NCBI GenBank assembly: GCA_965212015.1
Contig: OZ243037.1
Location: forward strand, 384,001 to 448,000
Origin: Cenarchaeum sp.
Lineage (GTDB): Archaea; Thermoproteota; Nitrososphaeria; Nitrososphaerales; Nitrosopumilaceae
Reading direction: 5' to 3'
DNA length: 64,000 nt
The position numbers were made by a program, and so were the translations under genes. Positions 60,308-64,000 of the stretch are shown one piece after another. The notes below the pieces were generated by a model. That model searched no databases. It worked only from the letters and a program-made list of their open reading frames with translations, and had not been told where the DNA came from. How positions within the stretch are numbered: position 1 is the stretch's first letter; each line of letters starts with the position of its first letter.

Positions 60308-61206
60308 CTTTCACGCACCCTCGATATTATATCGGATATCCCCTTGGGGGAGAGCATCAGCGTCAGAATTATGAACAAAAACGGTATCATCGGGCGGTAC
60401 GGGGTTATCCAGTATCCCAGAGTCGACGCAAGTATGTTGGTTCCTATTATCTCGCTGATGCCGATTACCAGCCCGCCGAGGATTGCGCCGTAAATGCTCG
60501 TAAAGCCGCCGACTATGCTTCCGGCAAACACGCTCGGAAGCAGTATTCCTGACAAGCTCGGATCCCCCTGGAACCACAGCGCCATGAGCACGCCGGCTAT
60601 TCCGCCAAGGCCGCCGCTTAGAAACCACGACACGCAAAACACCCTCTTTGTGTTTATTCCAAAGACCGACGCAAGCGACTCGTTTTCGATTGACGCCCTC
60701 ATCTGTATTCCGAACCTGGTCCTGTACAGCAGATAGTACAGGCCCAGAACCAGGCAGGCCATCACCGCCATGGATACGAACAGTATCATCGGAAGATCCA
60801 GTATCATGCCGTCAAAGCTGCGCAGCGTGAAATCCCGGGACGTGACGTGGAACTCGTTTGAGATATAGTCTGCCAGTATGTTGAGCACGCCTATCATGAA
60901 TATGTCAAAGGACAGCGTGGCAATTATCAGCGTGAGAAACGACGACTTTTTCTCCTGTAGCACCCGGATTATCGCATAGTACAAAAACAGCGCAGTCGCG
61001 CCAGAGACTGCAAACGCAAGCGGCATGGCCAGGTACGGGCTGTTGCCAGTCACGTTGGTTATTATCAGCGCCATGTACATGCCCAGGACGGCAAATGATG
61101 CGTGCGCAAAGTTTGGGACCTTGGTTATCTTGTACGTGAGTGTCAGGCCCACGCACAGCACCGCAAGCACGGATGCGTATATCAGCCCGTCAAAGAATAT
61201 TATCAT
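60298..61206 (-). CDS. livH: Branched-chain amino acid ABC transporter permease
   Basis: GLTLTY..TKVPNFAH, TRFGIQMRASIENESLA..GIN and GGFTSIYGA motifs. Confidence 0.9.
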   Translation of the reverse strand: MIIFFDGLIYASVLAVLCVGLTLTYKITKVPNFAHASFAVLGMYMALIITNVTGNSPYLAMPLAFAVSGATALFLYYAIIRVLQEKKSSFLTLIIATLSFDIFMIGVLNILADYISNEFHVTSRDFTLRSFDGMILDLPMILFVSMAVMACLVLGLYYLLYRTRFGIQMRASIENESLASVFGINTKRVFCVSWFLSGGLGGIAGVLMALWFQGDPSLSGILLPSVFAGSIVGGFTSIYGAILGGLVIGISEIIGTNILASTLGYWITPYRPMIPFLFIILTLMLSPKGISDIISRVRERWH

Positions 61207-61207
61207 C

Positions 61208-61900
61208 TCAAACACCCAGGTATTTTTTTGCAAGCTCCTCATCGGCTAGCAGTGATGCCGGCTCGCCGTGGTATATTATGTTCCCGCTGGAAAAGAGATA
61301 GCACGTATCGCACGCGCCAAGCGCGTTTTTGACGTTCTGCTCGACTAGTATGATGCAGTTTCCAAGCTTGCGCTGGATCTCCTTTATCTTCTCCAGCACC
61401 AGTGTGGCGTTTTTTGGCGACAGGTTTGCAGTCGGCTCGTCAAAGAGTATGACCCTCGGCTTTTTTGTCAGCGTCATTGCGATTGCAAGCATCTGCCTCT
61501 GCCCCCCGCTGAGATCCCGCGCCTTTTTGGACATGCTGGGCCTCAGCGCCGGAAACAGCTCAAAGAGATCCTCAAGGGGGGGCTCATCAGGAAGGCTTGC
61601 AATCACCAGGTTCTCGCGGATGCTGAGATCATAAAAGACGTTGTTTGTCTGCGACATGTAGGATATGCCGGTCTTTGTAATCCGATGAGTCGACATGCCA
61701 GTAATGTCCCTCTCCTCGAGCATTATTCTGCCCGATGTAATGTCGCACAGGCCGAATATCGACTTTAGCATGGTGCTTTTTCCAGAGCCGTTAGAGCCCA
61801 CTATAACTGTGAGCTCGTCGCCTGCCGCAAAGTCGACGCCGTGCAGTATCTGGTTTTTGCCGTATCCGCTGTGCAGTGACTGGATGGTGATGGTGCTCAT
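61208..61900 (-). CDS. livF: Branched-chain amino acid ABC transporter ATPase
   Basis: GSNGSGKST, LSGGQRQMLAIA, FDEPT and LVEQN motifs. Confidence 0.9.
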   Translation of the reverse strand: MSTITIQSLHSGYGKNQILHGVDFAAGDELTVIVGSNGSGKSTMLKSIFGLCDITSGRIMLEERDITGMSTHRITKTGISYMSQTNNVFYDLSIRENLVIASLPDEPPLEDLFELFPALRPSMSKKARDLSGGQRQMLAIAMTLTKKPRVILFDEPTANLSPKNATLVLEKIKEIQRKLGNCIILVEQNVKNALGACDTCYLFSSGNIIYHGEPASLLADEELAKKYLGV

Positions 61901-62643
61901 TGCAGGTATGACTCTATTACCTTTTTGTTGGAAAGTATCCGGTCTGGCGCATCATCGGCAATAATGCGCCCGCCGTCTAGCACGAATGCGTGATCTGCGT
62001 ACTGTAATGCAATGTCAAGCCTGTGCTCTATTATCAGAAACGCCGTCCCCGTCTCCTTGCATATCGAGGTTATCTGCGAAAAGATGCTGTGTGCCAGAGT
62101 CGGGTTTATCCCGGCTATCGGCTCGTCTAGTATCACCAGACTAGCATCGCTCATCAGGGCCTTGCCCAGCTCGAGGAGCTTTATCTGCCCCCCGCTGCAG
62201 TCGTACGCCAGGGTGTTTTTCAGGTGCGAGAGGCCCAGGCGCTCCATTATCTTTGTCGCCCTAGAGACGGTTTCGGACTCTTGTCTCTGCCATTTTCTGC
62301 GCCACAGCGCAAGTGCAAAGGACTCGCCGGGGCTCTTGTGGGCAAGCAGCAGGTTTTCTAGGACTGACAGGTTTGAAAAGAGCCGGGGCGTCTGAAAGGT
62401 CCTGATTATCCCGTGCCGGAACACCCCGTGAAGCGGCATTCCGGATATGTCCACGTCTGAGAATATCACGCGTCCGGTATAGTCAGTTATCAGCCCGGTG
62501 ACGCAGTTTATCAGCGTGGTCTTGCCCGAGCCGTTTGCCCCCATCAGCAGGTTTATCCTGTCCGGTATTATCCTTATACTCGCGCCGTCAAGCGCCTTGT
62601 TGCCCCCGAACTTTTTCTCTAGATTATCGATTACCAGACTCAA
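61897..62643 (-). CDS. livG: Branched-chain amino acid ABC transporter ATPase
   Basis: KFGGNKAL, GANGSGKTT, RTFQ..RLF, LDEPIAGINP and IEH motifs. Confidence 0.9.
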   Translation of the reverse strand: MSLVIDNLEKKFGGNKALDGASIRIIPDRINLLMGANGSGKTTLINCVTGLITDYTGRVIFSDVDISGMPLHGVFRHGIIRTFQTPRLFSNLSVLENLLLAHKSPGESFALALWRRKWQRQESETVSRATKIMERLGLSHLKNTLAYDCSGGQIKLLELGKALMSDASLVILDEPIAGINPTLAHSIFSQITSICKETGTAFLIIEHRLDIALQYADHAFVLDGGRIIADDAPDRILSNKKVIESYLQ

Positions 62644-63935
62644 GATAGCGTGATAGAGTTAGACGAGGAATCGTAATGGCCGTACCCTATCCACTCCCCG
62701 TCAGACACGGTAAACAGCTCGTAATCTGCAATTTCCAGGTCGCCTGCATCGTTGAACTTTATGCTTCCGATGGCGCCAGTATACGACTCTGCAGTCTCTG
62801 ACAGCCCGTCTGCGATTATTTGGTGATCCAGGGTCTGCTTTTCTAGCATTGTGAGGCCCAAGAGCCACACCGAATCATACGAAGAGTATGCGTAAGAGTT
62901 GGGAGCGGAGCCTATCGTCTCTATCAGGTGGTCACGGACGCGCTCGTATTTTTCGTTTTTTGCAGCGGAAAACTGCGCTGCCACAAAGGTAACGTCGGTT
63001 GCAAACTCGGAGGATATGCGGTCCTCAGTTATGGCATCGTCGTTTGCAGATCCGTCAGAGCCGTACCAGCGCACGCTGTGCAAAACGTCGTAAGAGTTTG
63101 CAGAGTTCATAAAGTGCACCACCTCGCTGAATCCGATCATCAGTACTGCCACCTCTTCGGCAGAATACTCCTCGATGTACCGCTCTACAGAGTCCGCCAG
63201 CAGCGAGGCCTCTGTGGAGAAAACCGTAATCTCCGGATTGTACCGGATGCCCTCATCAAAGGCGCCGCCCAGCTGCACGTAGGAATCCTGCGTGGACTGG
63301 AAGAGTCCGTCGCCCCACACATCGCCCCTGTATATCGGCACGACCACCTTTATGCCGTCGGCAGTCAGCAGTTCTGCTAGCACCTTGCCCTGCTTTGTGT
63401 CATCAGGGATTAGCCGGAATATGTTGTCCGGTATTGCGAGCTTTGGCGACGTGGAGCTCGGCGATATCATTAGCATGTCGTTGGAATCGGCGTATGACTT
63501 TACATTGAGCAGCTCGGCGCTCGTCTCTGTGCCCAGAATGAACTTTATTCCCTTTGAGTTCAGGGACTGGATCTTTTCTAGCGCGACTATGGGGTCTGTC
63601 TGCGTGTCCTCGTGTATCAGGTTCATCTGCCACGGCTCGCCGTTATCGCTCAGGTACGCGTTAAAGTCATCCGCCCCCAGCTGCGTGGCGATGATATTGT
63701 CCTCGCCGTGGCTTGCAATGTCTCCCGTGGCAGGCAGCAGCACGCCGACGTTCACCGTTTCGGGCAGTCCGGATGCCTCTGACTCGCCGCCTGTAACTGC
63801 AGGCTCGGCATCCTGCTCGTCAATTATTATGCCGGCATCCGGCTTGTTCATCTCAATCTGTGAAAAGCCAATAGAGCCTGCAACTATGCCGCCTATAATC
63901 ACTATAAAGATAATTCTCTTGTCCAATATGGTCAC
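62640..63935 (-). CDS. livK: Branched-chain amino acid ABC transporter substrate-binding protein (N-terminal TM anchor)
   Basis: VGVLLPATG, EDTQTDP, ISPSST, FRLIPDD, YDSVWLL and GSIKFNDAGD motifs. Confidence 0.88.
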   Translation of the reverse strand: MTILDKRIIFIVIIGGIVAGSIGFSQIEMNKPDAGIIIDEQDAEPAVTGGESEASGLPETVNVGVLLPATGDIASHGEDNIIATQLGADDFNAYLSDNGEPWQMNLIHEDTQTDPIVALEKIQSLNSKGIKFILGTETSAELLNVKSYADSNDMLMISPSSTSPKLAIPDNIFRLIPDDTKQGKVLAELLTADGIKVVVPIYRGDVWGDGLFQSTQDSYVQLGGAFDEGIRYNPEITVFSTEASLLADSVERYIEEYSAEEVAVLMIGFSEVVHFMNSANSYDVLHSVRWYGSDGSANDDAITEDRISSEFATDVTFVAAQFSAAKNEKYERVRDHLIETIGSAPNSYAYSSYDSVWLLGLTMLEKQTLDHQIIADGLSETAESYTGAIGSIKFNDAGDLEIADYELFTVSDGEWIGYGHYDSSSNSITLS

Positions 63936-64000
63936 GGTTTTTGGTGCATATTTAATATTTTGGATCGCAGCGGGGCAAGCGCGGATACAGTTACAGCTGC

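Noticed and set aside
1-64000. CRISPR array, rRNA or tRNA genes
   Set aside because: I saw no regularly spaced short direct repeats with unique spacers and no recognisable rRNA or tRNA signatures by eye. Intron-containing tRNAs could be missed without tRNAscan-SE.

Overview
This window is archaeal, most likely a high-GC Nitrososphaerota (Thaumarchaeota, Nitrosopumilaceae/Cenarchaeum-like, probably host-associated). That assignment is inferred from the CdvC/Vps4, TrmB, type II GAPDH and HMG-CoA synthase genes, the TATA-type promoters and the giant surface proteins. Bases 1-38.5 kb hold a tandem array of five giant (about 2000 to 2700 aa; copy 1 is partial) minus-strand secreted paralogs built from shuffled beta-propeller and Ig-like modules. 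The four complete copies end in a near-identical C-terminal domain. All five share one core promoter with a variable-length poly-G tract between the TATA box and the ATG. IS5-family remnants lie between copies, and a 59-bp inverted repeat pair brackets copies 2-5. Bases 38.9-64 kb are mostly housekeeping genes: SPOUT methyltransferase, RidA, TrmB, cdvC, carAB, bioD, HMG-CoA synthase, DsbA, gap, CNNM/CBS, purN, a low-GC AbiE toxin-antitoxin pair and a liv ABC operon. The strongest observation is in carB. Its conserved GEAGE-FDYSG motif is interrupted by a 21-nt, stop-containing insert (46223-46243). The insert folds into a relaxed bulge-helix-bulge whose two predicted cut sites restore the frame exactly, which makes it a candidate tRNA-endonuclease-type mini-intron in a metabolic protein-coding gene.
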